Source: Terriglobia bacterium (GTDB lineage Bacteria; Acidobacteriota; Polarisedimenticolia; Polarisedimenticolales; JAIQFR01). From it: a DNA stretch of 64,000 bases. The stretch is taken from NCBI GenBank assembly GCA_963748015.1, contig CAVVHE010000008.1, forward strand, positions 64,001 to 128,000. The letters run 5' to 3'. This document shows positions 17,719 through 27,325 of this stretch, piece after piece. Each line of letters opens with the position of its first letter. The first letter of the stretch is position 1. The position numbers were made by a program, and so were the translations under genes. The notes beneath the pieces are model-generated. The model was not told the DNA's origin. It saw only the letters and a list, made by a program, of their open reading frames with translations, and searched no databases.

Positions 17719-18837
17719 CTAGTTGTGGCCCTGGTCGTGCGGGACCTTGACGGTGCCGGTGGCGATCGTCTCCAGGCCCATCTCGTCCACGACCTTGTAC
17801 ACGATCGTGTAGACGCGGCCGGAGCCGCCGCCGGCGCGCTCGGCGCGCAACGCGAAATCGAAATCGGCGCTGCCGGTGTAAGCGTCCTGGATGTCGTTCT
17901 CGGTGTCGCCGTCGCCCGTCCCGTTGTCGGGCTCGTTGCTGGTCACGGAGAGCAGGGTGATCGTGACGGGCCCGCAGTCGTCTACGCGGACGGTCGAGTG
18001 AACGTTGACCATCTTGTGATTCGGCGGCCACAGCATCGAGGGGGAGAACTCCAGCTCGACCCGCGGCGGCAGGGTGTCCACGACCTGGATGACGACCTCG
18101 TCGGTCGAGGTCTTGCCGGTCGCGTCCGTCACGCGGAGCGTGATGGCGTGGGTACCGAGGCTCAGGCTGAGCGTGAGCTTCTCTCCGGTGCCGAGCAGCG
18201 CCTGCGCGGGGGCTCCGAAGTCCGCGAACCACTCGTACGTCGTGATGTCGCCGTTCGGGTCCGTCGACGCCGAGCCGTCGAGGTGGACCGGGGCCTGCAT
18301 GTTCCCCGTGCACTCGACGGTCTGGTCGGGACCGGCGTTCGCGACGGGCGGAATCGCCACGAGCTTGGTGACGACGAGCGTCGTGATCCGCGTGCCGTCG
18401 CCGGCGGACACCTCGATCGAGTCGGGGTCGTCTTCGTACACGCGCAGGGTGTCCTTGGCGATCCCCTCGGCGTCGGTCAGGACCGGCAGCCCGGCCGAGG
18501 CCAGCGCTCCCGCGGTCGCCCCGAACGTGATTGCGAGGCCCGCCTGCGGGATGCCCTCGGCGTCCTTGGCGACGGCCGTCAGCAGGGACTCGCCGTAGCG
18601 CTTGTTCCCGTTCGCCGGGTCGGTCGGCGTCGCGGGATTGTCGGGGTCGATGACGATGTGCTGCGGCTCCGCGCTCAACGCCAGGCCGTTGCTCTCGGCG
18701 CGGCCGAGTCCGTTGAACATCTGGTGGGCCGGATTCTGGCTCGAGTTGGTCGAACTGCCCGAGCATCCGACCACGAGTAGCGCCACGCCCAGCAGGGCGG
18801 CGAGAGAGAGGGCACCGACGGCGAATTTGCGTGACAT
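17719..18837 (-). CDS. Lipoprotein with Ig-like (Big_1-like), PKD and 'LWPPNHKM' C-terminal domains
   Basis: Lipobox 'VVGC'. 'PVANAGPDQTV...LDGSASTDPNGDITTYEW' is PKD. C-terminal 'LWPPNHKMV...LRAERAGGGSGRVYTIVY'. Confidence 0.8.
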   Translation of the reverse strand: MSRKFAVGALSLAALLGVALLVVGCSGSSTNSSQNPAHQMFNGLGRAESNGLALSAEPQHIVIDPDNPATPTDPANGNKRYGESLLTAVAKDAEGIPQAGLAITFGATAGALASAGLPVLTDAEGIAKDTLRVYEDDPDSIEVSAGDGTRITTLVVTKLVAIPPVANAGPDQTVECTGNMQAPVHLDGSASTDPNGDITTYEWFADFGAPAQALLGTGEKLTLSLSLGTHAITLRVTDATGKTSTDEVVIQVVDTLPPRVELEFSPSMLWPPNHKMVNVHSTVRVDDCGPVTITLLSVTSNEPDNGTGDGDTENDIQDAYTGSADFDFALRAERAGGGSGRVYTIVYKVVDEMGLETIATGTVKVPHDQGHN

Positions 18838-18972
18838 GGAGGAGCCTCCTTCTTGGTCAGCCTATTATTCCATTCGCAATCTACCCCGGGGTGTCGCCGC
18901 CCGCAATGGTAATGACCGTACGTTACCTCCGGAGAATCGGAGTTTTCGGGGTTTTCGGTAGGTAACCGCCCC

Positions 18973-20775
18973 TCACTTCCGATTGAACGTGTACTCCCCG
19001 GACGGATCGCGCTGCTTCAGCGCCTTCACCGAGCCGTTCTCCACCACGAACTCGAAGACGACGTCCGAGAAGTCCTTGATCCTGAAGGCGAGCCCCTTGT
19101 GCGGCAGGAGCTCCTGATCGGGCTGTCCCGGGAAGACGAGGAACAGTCCGCCGCCCTCCTTGAGGACCACCGAGAACTTGAGACCGGTCGGCGTCTCGTA
19201 GGTTCCCGCGAGACGGGCCAGCATCGCGGCATCCACGGTCTCCGGACGGCGGGTGAAGACGGCCTCGGCCTCGTCGAGCGACATGGCCGCGCGGTCCACG
19301 TCCCCCTGCGGGCTCGTGAGGAAGTTCACGGACCACCGCCCGACCCGCTCGTCGTCGGGAGTGTCGAAACGGTCGTAGTGGAAGTGCGAGAGGGGAAGCC
19401 GGATGTTGTGGAAGTCGAACTGGAGTTGGCCGTCCTTGAGGTCCACCGCGAGCGTCCCGTAGGCCGGGTGCTCGTACTTCCCGGCATAGGCAGCCACGGG
19501 ATGCGAGGGAGTGGTGTTCGTCACGCGGTCGGCGCCTGCCTTGGAGCGCGCCTCCGTGCCGGCCTTCTTCCCCTTCGCGCGGGAGTCGAGACCGCGCTCG
19601 CTCCAGGGCGTCGGGCTCATGCCGAGAAGCCGCTCGTAGACGTTGAAGCTCACCGTGTTGTAGAGGCCCGCGCAGTGGTCGCCGATCACGAACACGATCA
19701 CGCCGATCTTCTCCTGGGGCATGAGCGAGACCTGCGAGTGGAACCCGTCGATGTCGCCGCCGTGGTACGCGATCAGGTGCCCCCGGTACGACGCCGTCCA
19801 GCGCCCCATTCCGTAGACGGAGTTCAGCAGCTCCCAGAAGCCCCGGACCTCGCCCGCCGTGTTGGGGAGCGCGATGGCGGGGGCCAGCGTCGCCTTCAGC
19901 ACCTCCGGCGGCAGGACCTGCTTCCCGCCGTAGTTCCCTTCGTTCATGAGGGCGATCAGCCAGTGGGACATGTCCTCGATGTTCGAGGCGATCGCGCCGG
20001 CGGGAGCGACGCCGGCCGTGTCCTCGTAGTACGGGATCCGGTAGATCTCGTACGAGTCGCGTTTCTCGGTGAACGGCACGCCGTGGTCCGGCGCCTTCGT
20101 CATCTCGGCGATCGTGTAGACGGTGGATTTCATCGCCAGGGGATCGAGGATCCGCTGGCGGACGAATTCCTCCCAGGTCTTGCCCGAAAGCAGCTCGACG
20201 ATGTACCCCGCCCCCGCGTACATCATGTTGTTGTAAAGGAAGAGCTGGCGCACCGGCTCCTTCGGCTCGAGGTACTTGATCCGCTCGAACAGCTCCTTGC
20301 GGGAGAAGTCCGACTTGTACCAGATCGTGTCGTGGCGCGTGATTCCCGTCCGGTGCGCGAGCATGTCCCGCAAGGTCACCGTGCGGTCGAGGTCGTCGTT
20401 GTAGAACTTGATGGTCGGTACGAACTCCCGGACCGGCCGGTCCCACTCGATCTTCCCCTGCTGGACGAGAAGCCCCGCGGCGACGGCCGTGAAGAGCTTG
20501 GTGTTGGACGCGATCGGGGCCAGCGTCGCCGGGGTGAAGGGGAGCTTCTTCTCGTAGTCCCGGTAGCCGTACCCCTTGGCGAACACCAGCTTGTCGTTCA
20601 CGACGATCCCGACGCCGACGGCGGGAGCGTTCCAGTCCTTGAGGAGCTTCTCCATGTACGCGTCGAAGCCCTGGAGCTTCTGCGCGATCGCCGCGTCGTC
20701 CGCCGCCGCGGCACCCGTCGCGGCGGCCGCCAGCAGCACCAAGCACACGAGCATCGTCCGTCGTCCGGTCCTCAT
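18973..20775 (-). CDS. Serine hydrolase, beta-lactamase/class C family, with C-terminal DUF3471-like domains
   Basis: Signal peptide. SxxK 'SNTK', YxN 'YNN', 'HGGDIDGF', C-terminal 'YAGKYEHPAYG'. Confidence 0.88.
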   Translation of the reverse strand: MRTGRRTMLVCLVLLAAAATGAAAADDAAIAQKLQGFDAYMEKLLKDWNAPAVGVGIVVNDKLVFAKGYGYRDYEKKLPFTPATLAPIASNTKLFTAVAAGLLVQQGKIEWDRPVREFVPTIKFYNDDLDRTVTLRDMLAHRTGITRHDTIWYKSDFSRKELFERIKYLEPKEPVRQLFLYNNMMYAGAGYIVELLSGKTWEEFVRQRILDPLAMKSTVYTIAEMTKAPDHGVPFTEKRDSYEIYRIPYYEDTAGVAPAGAIASNIEDMSHWLIALMNEGNYGGKQVLPPEVLKATLAPAIALPNTAGEVRGFWELLNSVYGMGRWTASYRGHLIAYHGGDIDGFHSQVSLMPQEKIGVIVFVIGDHCAGLYNTVSFNVYERLLGMSPTPWSERGLDSRAKGKKAGTEARSKAGADRVTNTTPSHPVAAYAGKYEHPAYGTLAVDLKDGQLQFDFHNIRLPLSHFHYDRFDTPDDERVGRWSVNFLTSPQGDVDRAAMSLDEAEAVFTRRPETVDAAMLARLAGTYETPTGLKFSVVLKEGGGLFLVFPGQPDQELLPHKGLAFRIKDFSDVVFEFVVENGSVKALKQRDPSGEYTFNRK

Positions 20776-20941
20776 GCGGTCCCCCTTCGTTCGCCGTTGT
20801 AAGACAGGTCGAGTGCGCGCCGGTCGGTTCTTCACATCAAGATGTACGCAGTAGGGGAGCGGGAGGTTCACCCGCCGCCCGCGGTTGCCGGGGAAAGGCC
20901 GGGGGCGTCCTCGCCGGCCCGGACAAGGGCCGCCTCCCGCT

Positions 20942-21036
20942 GCCCGCGGTTGCTCGGAAGAGGCCGAGGGCGTCCTCGCCGGCCCGGAAAAGGGCCGTCT
21001 CCGGACGCCCTCGGCCTCTTCCGAGCAACCGCGGGC
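20942..21036. repeat. Palindromic intergenic element, family B, copy 1 (preceded by a degenerate tandem half-copy at 20871-20937)
   Basis: Perfect 34-bp inverted arms (20942-20975 / 21003-21036) around the 27-nt core TCGCCGGCCCGGAAAAGGGCCGTCTCC. The same core occurs at 23035-23061. Confidence 0.85.
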
Positions 21037-21044
21037 GGGAGATC

Positions 21045-22946
21045 CTAGGGCGAGAGGAGTGATTCTGCGTCCGGGGGAAGCTTGATTCCCAGCTCCCGTG
21101 CGCGCGCGAAGTGACTCCTCGCGTCGTCTTGCCGGCCCATTCTCCGGTAGAGCTCTCCGAGACGGTAGTGGGTCCGGCCCGACGCGGGCTCGAGCTCGAG
21201 GGCGACGCCGTACTCGCGGATCGCCTCGTCGTTGCGCCCGGTCGCCGCGAGGGCCATGCCCAGAGCGCCGTGGGCGTCGGGGTCCGCGGGGGAGTGCTCG
21301 ATCGCGGCCCGGTACTCGTCGATGGCCTTGTCGTAGAGCCGCTTCAGCGCATGGGTGTTGCCGAGGTTGTAGTGGGCGGGGGAGAGCCTCGGGTTGAGGC
21401 GGACCGCTTCCTGGAACTGCTCGGTCGCCTCCTCGATCTTCCCGGCGCGAAGCAGGAGAAGGCCGAGGTTGTTGTGCGCGTTCGCGTACCTCGGATCCAC
21501 GCGGATCGCCTCCTCCAGAGCCTCGGCGGCCTCCACGTTCTTTCCCTGCTGCACCAGGAGGAGGCCGATGTTGCTGTGGGCCTCGGCGATGTCGTGCTTG
21601 ATCGAGACCGCTTTCCGGAGGGTCTCCATGGCCTCGTCCGCCTTCCCCTGGGCCATGTACATCGCGCCGAGGTTGTTGAACGCCATCCACGCGCGCGGGT
21701 TTTCGGCGATGACGCTCTTCCACAGCGTCTCCGAGTCGCGGAAATTCCTCGAGTGGGCGACGGTCTTCCCGCCGAGGAGCGCCACCGCGAGCGCGAGGAG
21801 CAGGTACGCGGCGGCACGACGGGTCCCGGCTCCCATCGCGAGCGAGCGGGCGAGCGCGCCGAGAAGCGCCGCCGCCGCCGAAACCGCGAGGAGGATCCCG
21901 GCCGGCGACGCGACGTACTGGAAGTGGTCGGCCACCCAGGAGTACATCATCGGGTAGACGTTGAAGAAGCCGAGCGCGGGAAAGAGCGAAACCGCGAAGT
22001 ACGCGAGCATCGCGAACGCTCCGCGTCCGATCCTCTCCCTATAGCGGAAGAGCGCGACGAAGGCCGCGACGAGCGCCAGGGCCGGGAGCCACTGCAGCGG
22101 CTCCCTCCAGCCGATTTCCCAGCGCGGGTAGAAGAAGACCAGCTGGAGCGGCGCGACCAGCTTGTAGAGGTAGAACGCGATGATCCGGCCCGCCAGCACG
22201 AGATGGTCGAGCGCGGAGAGAGTCCACTTCTCGCCCGACGCGCCGACCCGGTGGATCTCGACGAAGACGGTGTTCAGGCCGAGTGCCAGGCCGGCCAGCG
22301 CGAAGGGGACGAGCTCCAGGAGGTGCTTCGGCCGGATCTCCTCCTTCTTCCACCACCGGACGACGAGGGGAAGCACGACGAAGCAGGCGGTCACCGTCTT
22401 GCTCAGCAGCGCGAGCAGGAACGACAGGAAAGCGAGGGCGTAGCTCCGCCGCCTCGCCGTCTTCCGATAGTCGAGATACGCGAGGATCGCGAGGAAGTAG
22501 AAGAGCGCCGCGAGGAGGTTCTTTCTCTCCGTGATCCACGCGACCGTCTCCACCTGGACGGGGTGGACCGCGAACACGAGGGCGCACGCGAAGGCCAGCG
22601 GTCTCGCGAGCCGCCGCAGGACGAGGTAGAGGAGAATGGCGTTCGCCGCCTGGAGCGCAAGGTTGACCGCGTGGTAGCCGAACGGATCGTTCCCCCAGAG
22701 ACCGCGCTCGATCAGGAACGACGTGAATACCACCGGGTAGTACTGCGGGGTCTCGTACGAGAACCAGATCTGGCGCAGCGCGTGCGGGCGCTCGAGCACG
22801 AGGTTGTGGGTGACGTAGTTGTCGTCGTCCCAGATGAACCCGTTGCCGAGCGACGGGACGTACACCGCCGTGGTCAGCGCGACCAGGATGGCGACGTGGG
22901 CTAGCTCGACCTTTCGGGCCGCGAGAAACTCCCGGAATCGGCGCAT
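21045..22946 (-). CDS. TMTC-like GT-C membrane glycosyltransferase with C-terminal TPR repeats
   Basis: 'GFIWDDDNYV', 'GYHAVNLAL', 'FAVHPVQVETVAWITERKN', 'ALLSKT', 'ADHFQY', then about 7 TPRs ('AFNNLG','AHNNLG','AHYNLG'). Alternative start at 22985. Confidence 0.85.
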   Translation of the reverse strand: MRRFREFLAARKVELAHVAILVALTTAVYVPSLGNGFIWDDDNYVTHNLVLERPHALRQIWFSYETPQYYPVVFTSFLIERGLWGNDPFGYHAVNLALQAANAILLYLVLRRLARPLAFACALVFAVHPVQVETVAWITERKNLLAALFYFLAILAYLDYRKTARRRSYALAFLSFLLALLSKTVTACFVVLPLVVRWWKKEEIRPKHLLELVPFALAGLALGLNTVFVEIHRVGASGEKWTLSALDHLVLAGRIIAFYLYKLVAPLQLVFFYPRWEIGWREPLQWLPALALVAAFVALFRYRERIGRGAFAMLAYFAVSLFPALGFFNVYPMMYSWVADHFQYVASPAGILLAVSAAAALLGALARSLAMGAGTRRAAAYLLLALAVALLGGKTVAHSRNFRDSETLWKSVIAENPRAWMAFNNLGAMYMAQGKADEAMETLRKAVSIKHDIAEAHSNIGLLLVQQGKNVEAAEALEEAIRVDPRYANAHNNLGLLLLRAGKIEEATEQFQEAVRLNPRLSPAHYNLGNTHALKRLYDKAIDEYRAAIEHSPADPDAHGALGMALAATGRNDEAIREYGVALELEPASGRTHYRLGELYRRMGRQDDARSHFARARELGIKLPPDAESLLSP

Positions 22947-23015
22947 CCCGAGGATTCTATCCCGAGCACGGCGCGCGGTCGCCATCCGATGCGCTCCGCG
23001 CTCCCACCGCGAGGC

Positions 23016-23079
23016 CCGAGGCCGGAAGCGTTCCTCGCCGGCCCGGAAAAGGGCCGTCTCCGGACGCTTCCGGCCTCGG
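23016..23079. repeat. Palindromic intergenic element, family B, copy 2
   Basis: Arms CCGAGGCCGGAAGCGT(T)CC / GGACGCTTCCGGCCTCGG around a core identical to copy 1. Confidence 0.8.
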
Positions 23080-23136
23080 ACCCCGCTCGGTCGTCGGCCT
23101 GTGAGGGCGAGCGATTGCCGGGCCGAGCCCGCGGGC

Positions 23137-23228
23137 TACGCGCCCTTCTCGCCGGGAGCGGGGCGGTCGCGGAGCGAGCGGGCGATGGCCCACACGGTCA
23201 GGCCGACGCAGAGCACGAAGACGACGAG
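23137..23228 (-). repeat. Displaced duplicate of the 3' end of the 24779-25878 gene (92-bp direct repeat)
   Basis: Matches 24780-24871 with 2 mismatches and retains an in-frame stop (TAG at 23136-23138 vs TAA at 24779-24781). Confidence 0.9.
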
Positions 23229-23314
23229 ACAGGGCGCTCGGCGTCCGCCGGCGCGGATTGGACTACTGCGAGGAGGCAACCTAAGTTCTCTCCACGACGC
23301 CCCTGGAGGGTCCA

Positions 23315-24718
23315 TTGCGCTCGTTCCGCGACCTGCACGCCGGCGCGCTCGGCATCAAGCTCCTGGGAGCGATCCTGCTCGCATCCCTTCTGGCGGCCCC
23401 CGCGAAGGCCCCGGAGCCGCGCGCCCGGCGGGCGCCCGACATCGTGCTGGTCACGATCGACACGCTCCGGCAGGACGACGTCTCCTGCTACGGCCACCGG
23501 CACCCGACGACGCCGTTCCTGGATCGGCTGGCGAGGGAGGCGGTGCGCTTCGACCGGGCGTACAGCACGTCGTCCTGGACCCTGCCCGCGATCGTCTCGA
23601 TGCTGACCGGGCTCGATCCGGCCGTCCACGGGATGAACGACGCGACCACGGACGACGACGGGCGGCTGCTCCGTCAGCCGGCTCTCCCCGGGGATCTCGC
23701 GTTCCTTCCCCAGCTGCTCCATGCCCGGGGGTACCAGACCTTCGGGCTCACCGCGAACGAGCACCTGAGGGGTGATCTGGGCTTCCGGCGCGGCTTCGAC
23801 TCCTTCCTCGGCGTCGGTTTCAAATCGGCGCCGTCGCTTCGCGAGCCCTTGCTCGAGATCCGCCGCCGGATCGACCCGAAGCGGCCTTACTTCCTCTGGG
23901 TCCACTACCTCGACCCGCACCTGCCCTACGACTCGAACCTGCCCATGCTGCGCGAGTACCTCCCCGACGCCGTCGGGCCGGACCGCGCATTGCTCGGCCG
24001 AGTTCAGTCCGCCAACAACCCGGCGGCGCTCTCGGCCCTCGGTCCCGGGAGGGAGCCCGAGGTCCTCGCATACGCGCGAGCTTCCCACGACAGCGACGTT
24101 CGTTTCGTGGATCGTCAGGTCGCGGTCCTGTTCGATCTCCTCGAGATCGGGAACGACGACCTCGTGGTGGTCGTCAGCGATCACGGCGAGGAGTTCATGG
24201 AGCATGGAGCGTTCGGCCACGGACACACGCTCTTCGAGGAGCTGCTGCGGGTACCGCTCCTCGTGCGCCTGCCCGACGGTCGCGGCGCCGGACGGACGAT
24301 CGGGGCCCCGGTCAGCGTCATGGACGTGTTCCCCACCGTCCTCGAGGCAGCCGGGATCGAGCCGCCGCTATCCATCCAGGCGGCGAGCCTCCTGCCGTTG
24401 ATCGAGCGCGACGAGCCGGCGCGCGATCGCGTAATCCACGCGTCCACCCTGACGGACGTGGAGATCGACTCGCTGACGGTCGGCCGCTTCAAGTACATCG
24501 AGCCCGCGGGAAGACCCCGCGAGGCCATGCTCTTCGATCTCGACAGCGACCCGGGCGAGCACGCGAACGTCATCGCCCGGCACGCGGGGGAGGTCGAGGG
24601 ATTCCGTCGCGCCCTCGAGCGCCTGCGCGAGTCCTCTCGGCCCGGGGCACGTTCGAGCAGTGTCAGCGTCTCCCCGGAGCTGCGCGACGCGCTGCGCTCC
24701 CTGGGCTACCTGCACTGA
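23315..24718 (+). CDS. Sulfatase-like (AlkP superfamily) secreted protein
   Basis: TTG start after GGAGGG. 'IVLVTIDTLRQD', 'STSSWTLPAIVSMLTG', 'FLWVHYLDPHLPY', 'SDHGEEFMEHG', C-terminal 'LRSLGY'. Confidence 0.85.
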   Translation: MRSFRDLHAGALGIKLLGAILLASLLAAPAKAPEPRARRAPDIVLVTIDTLRQDDVSCYGHRHPTTPFLDRLAREAVRFDRAYSTSSWTLPAIVSMLTGLDPAVHGMNDATTDDDGRLLRQPALPGDLAFLPQLLHARGYQTFGLTANEHLRGDLGFRRGFDSFLGVGFKSAPSLREPLLEIRRRIDPKRPYFLWVHYLDPHLPYDSNLPMLREYLPDAVGPDRALLGRVQSANNPAALSALGPGREPEVLAYARASHDSDVRFVDRQVAVLFDLLEIGNDDLVVVVSDHGEEFMEHGAFGHGHTLFEELLRVPLLVRLPDGRGAGRTIGAPVSVMDVFPTVLEAAGIEPPLSIQAASLLPLIERDEPARDRVIHASTLTDVEIDSLTVGRFKYIEPAGRPREAMLFDLDSDPGEHANVIARHAGEVEGFRRALERLRESSRPGARSSSVSVSPELRDALRSLGYLH

Positions 24719-24778
24719 GCCAGATCTGGCAGCCTTCCGCCGGCCGGCCGATCCTCCTATGCCGTTCGCGGCGTCGCG

Positions 24779-25878
24779 TTACGCGCCCTTCTCGCCGGGA
24801 GCCGGGCGGTCGCGGAGCGAGCGGGCGACGGCCCACACGGTCAGGCCGACGCAGAGCACGAAGACGACGAGGAACAGGGCGAAGGCGTCCCACTGCGGCT
24901 TGACGGTCATGGACTCGGTGGCCCGCGCGGGGGCGAGGTACAGGCCGCGGAGCTGGTGGCGCGTGATCACCATCACGACCATCGCCCCGACGATCAGCTC
25001 GGCCGCGTGGCGCACGAGCCTCGGCGACTCGAGGGGATCTCGGATCCGGGCGAGCACCACGACGAGGCCGAGGGCGGCGAGGATGGCGAGGGTCAGCGGG
25101 ATCATCGTCGCGGCCCCGCCGCGCATGAACCCGCGGAGCACGTCGCCGGGCAGGGCGAGGAGCATCCAGATGCCGACGACGATCTGCGCGACCGTCGCGT
25201 AGAGGGCGGTCGCGACGCCGAACCTGGCCATGTCGCGGCAGAGCGAGGTCTCGTGGCCGGAACCCGCCCGTCGGACGGCGACGAAGGCGAGCAGGGCCGC
25301 CGCGAGGCTCAACGCGGCGAGCACGAAGTGCAGGAACCGCGGCAGGAAGCTCGGGTCGAGGAAGGCGGCAAAGGAGCCGGCGGCGACCGCTGGCCCAGCG
25401 CCCCGGCTGCAGCTGGAGCAGGTTCACGGCGACCTGGATCGCCGCGATGAGGAGGAAGCAGGCCGCCTCGAGCCAGAGCACCAGGGACGCCGCCTGGCCG
25501 TTCTTGAGACGGTGCTTGGCGACGTAGTTGAGGTAGTACGCCGACCGTGAGCAGGACGAGCATCCCGAGCCAGTACCAGGCCACCAGGATCGTCGCGGAG
25601 TAGAAGAAGCGCCCGAAGAGCGCCTGCAGGAACAGGAGCGGCGCGATCCCGAACGTGATGGCGAGCGAGATCGCCCAGGAGTTCGTCTCGACGAAGAACG
25701 TCCGCGTGTCGCGGCCGATGTCGCGTGTCCCCACCACGGCGGCCAGGATCGAGCCGCCGAGCACCGCGTTCATGAATACCAGGTGGATGAAGAACGTGAG
25801 GAGCCAGAGGGCGTGGAAGAGCCACGGCGGTCCCGGCAGGGGAGCGGGGTCGAGCGCGGGGATCGGGCTACCGGGCAT
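24779..25878 (-). CDS. Polytopic membrane protein, CydA-paralog-like partner subunit (two apparent frameshifts at ~25540 and ~25370)
   Basis: Three ORF fragments join into one hydrophobic protein ('FFIHLVFMNAVLGG', 'AITFGIAPLLFLQ', 'PRFLHFVLAAL', 'MVITRHQLR'). The start overlaps the corrected end of the upstream gene. Confidence 0.65.
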
Positions 25879-27233
25879 CGGTCACCTCCGTGGGTTTCGA
25901 CGACACGAGGCTCGCGAGGTAGGCGGCGAGCGCCTCTGACCTCCTCGTCGGTCCCGACCAGCGGGGGCATGAGCGGGTAGTCGAGCTTCCGGATGTCGAT
26001 GTGGTCGTCCGCCGACGTCGCGCCCCGGATGGCCTCTCCCTGGGCGTGCAGCGTGTCGAGGACGGCCGGCAGCCCGTCCACTCCCACCCGCCCGACCATC
26101 TTCCGGATCGAGAGATAGTGGCCGAGCGTATGGCAGGAGGCGCACTGCGCGCGGAACACCGCGCGTCCCTTCGATTCGATCGAGGTCCCCGCCTGGCTCG
26201 CGGCGAACGTCGCCTTGGACAGGCTCCCCTTCTGGTTCAGCTCGCCGATCTCGCCGACCAGGATGCCGTTCGAGAACATGAAATCCCGGATCACGAAGGG
26301 CTTCCTCGATCCCTCCCGGAGCCGCTCGTACGAACCGAAGAAGAGGAACGCCGCGATCAGGGCGACGACGGCGAGGGGCCATCGCTGCGCGCGCGGCACC
26401 ACGAGCTGCAGGATCGCGAGGAGCAGGAACGCCGTGAGCGCCCAGAGGGCCAAGTGCCGCGTCGTCGCCAGCGAGGGGAGGATCGGCGACGCTCCGCGGA
26501 AGATGGCCGCGACGGACTCGGGGAGCGCGGCCTCCCACCAGCGGTAGCCGCCGTAGGCGACGATCGCGCCGGCGACCGAGAAGCCCGCGAGGAGCCGGAC
26601 CAGCGAGGCGCGCGCCGCGGCGTCCCGCTCGCGCAGCGCGGCGAACGTCATGTAGGCGCCGGCGAGCAGCAGGCAGATCCCGGTCCGCAGGACGGTGCCC
26701 GGGACGTAGGACGGATTGAAGATGCCGTGCCAGAACGAGCGCGTCGCCAGCCAGCGCCCCGGCGTCAGCATGAACGACAGGATGCCCTGGATGATGACGA
26801 GCGACATGAACGCCGCGAAGGCGTAGAGCCAGATGATCAGGAGGTGCGTCCGGGGGCGCACCTTCTCCCAGGTCGCCCAGTAGAGCAGCGCGGTGACGAC
26901 CTCGAGGATGAAGAACCCCCACTCGGCCGCCCACCCCCAGACGTAGTTGTGGATCAGCGCGGAGGTCGCAGCCGGCTGCACGAGCCCGATCGTCACCCAG
27001 ATGCCGACGCCGCTGATCGCCCCGAAAACGGTCGAGACGAGGATGAGCATGAGCGACGAGCGCTTCGCGAGCTCGCGCAGCGCGGGATCTCCGCGGCGGA
27101 CCGCGAGCGTCTCCACGATCGCGATGGCGATGCCGCCTCCCACCGCGAAGTGCGAGACCAGGACGTGGGCGATGGCCACGATCCCGATGAGGACGCCGCC
27201 GCCGAGTGCCACGTCCCAGATCGGATAGTCCAC
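25868..27233 (-). CDS. Cytochrome bd subunit I-like protein fused to a C-terminal c-type cytochrome (frameshift at ~25937)
   Basis: 'AHVLVSHFAVGGG', 'STVFGAISGVGIW', 'WGWAAEWGFFILEV', 'ILSFMLTPG', 'ERLREGSRKPF', heme motif CASCH and distal 'MPP'. Removing one base gives '...EALAAYLASL...DAR*'. Confidence 0.75.
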
Positions 27234-27325
27234 GAGCGCCTCCTTTCCGCCGGCCGGTCCGGACGGAGGCAGAGATTACCACCAGGAGGGAGCGGAATGG
27301 AGCACCCCGAAGGCGCGGTTCCCGG

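Noticed and set aside
20965..21010. HDV-like ribozyme suggested by TCCTCGC in family B
   Set aside because: The flanking bases do not form the P3/P1/P2 nested pseudoknot. The motif sits within a simple long hairpin.
24734..24752. Short similarity TTCCGCCGGCCGG at ~24736 and ~27245 flanking the bd-like operon
   Set aside because: The match is only ~13 nt and almost all G/C, so it is expected by chance in this composition.
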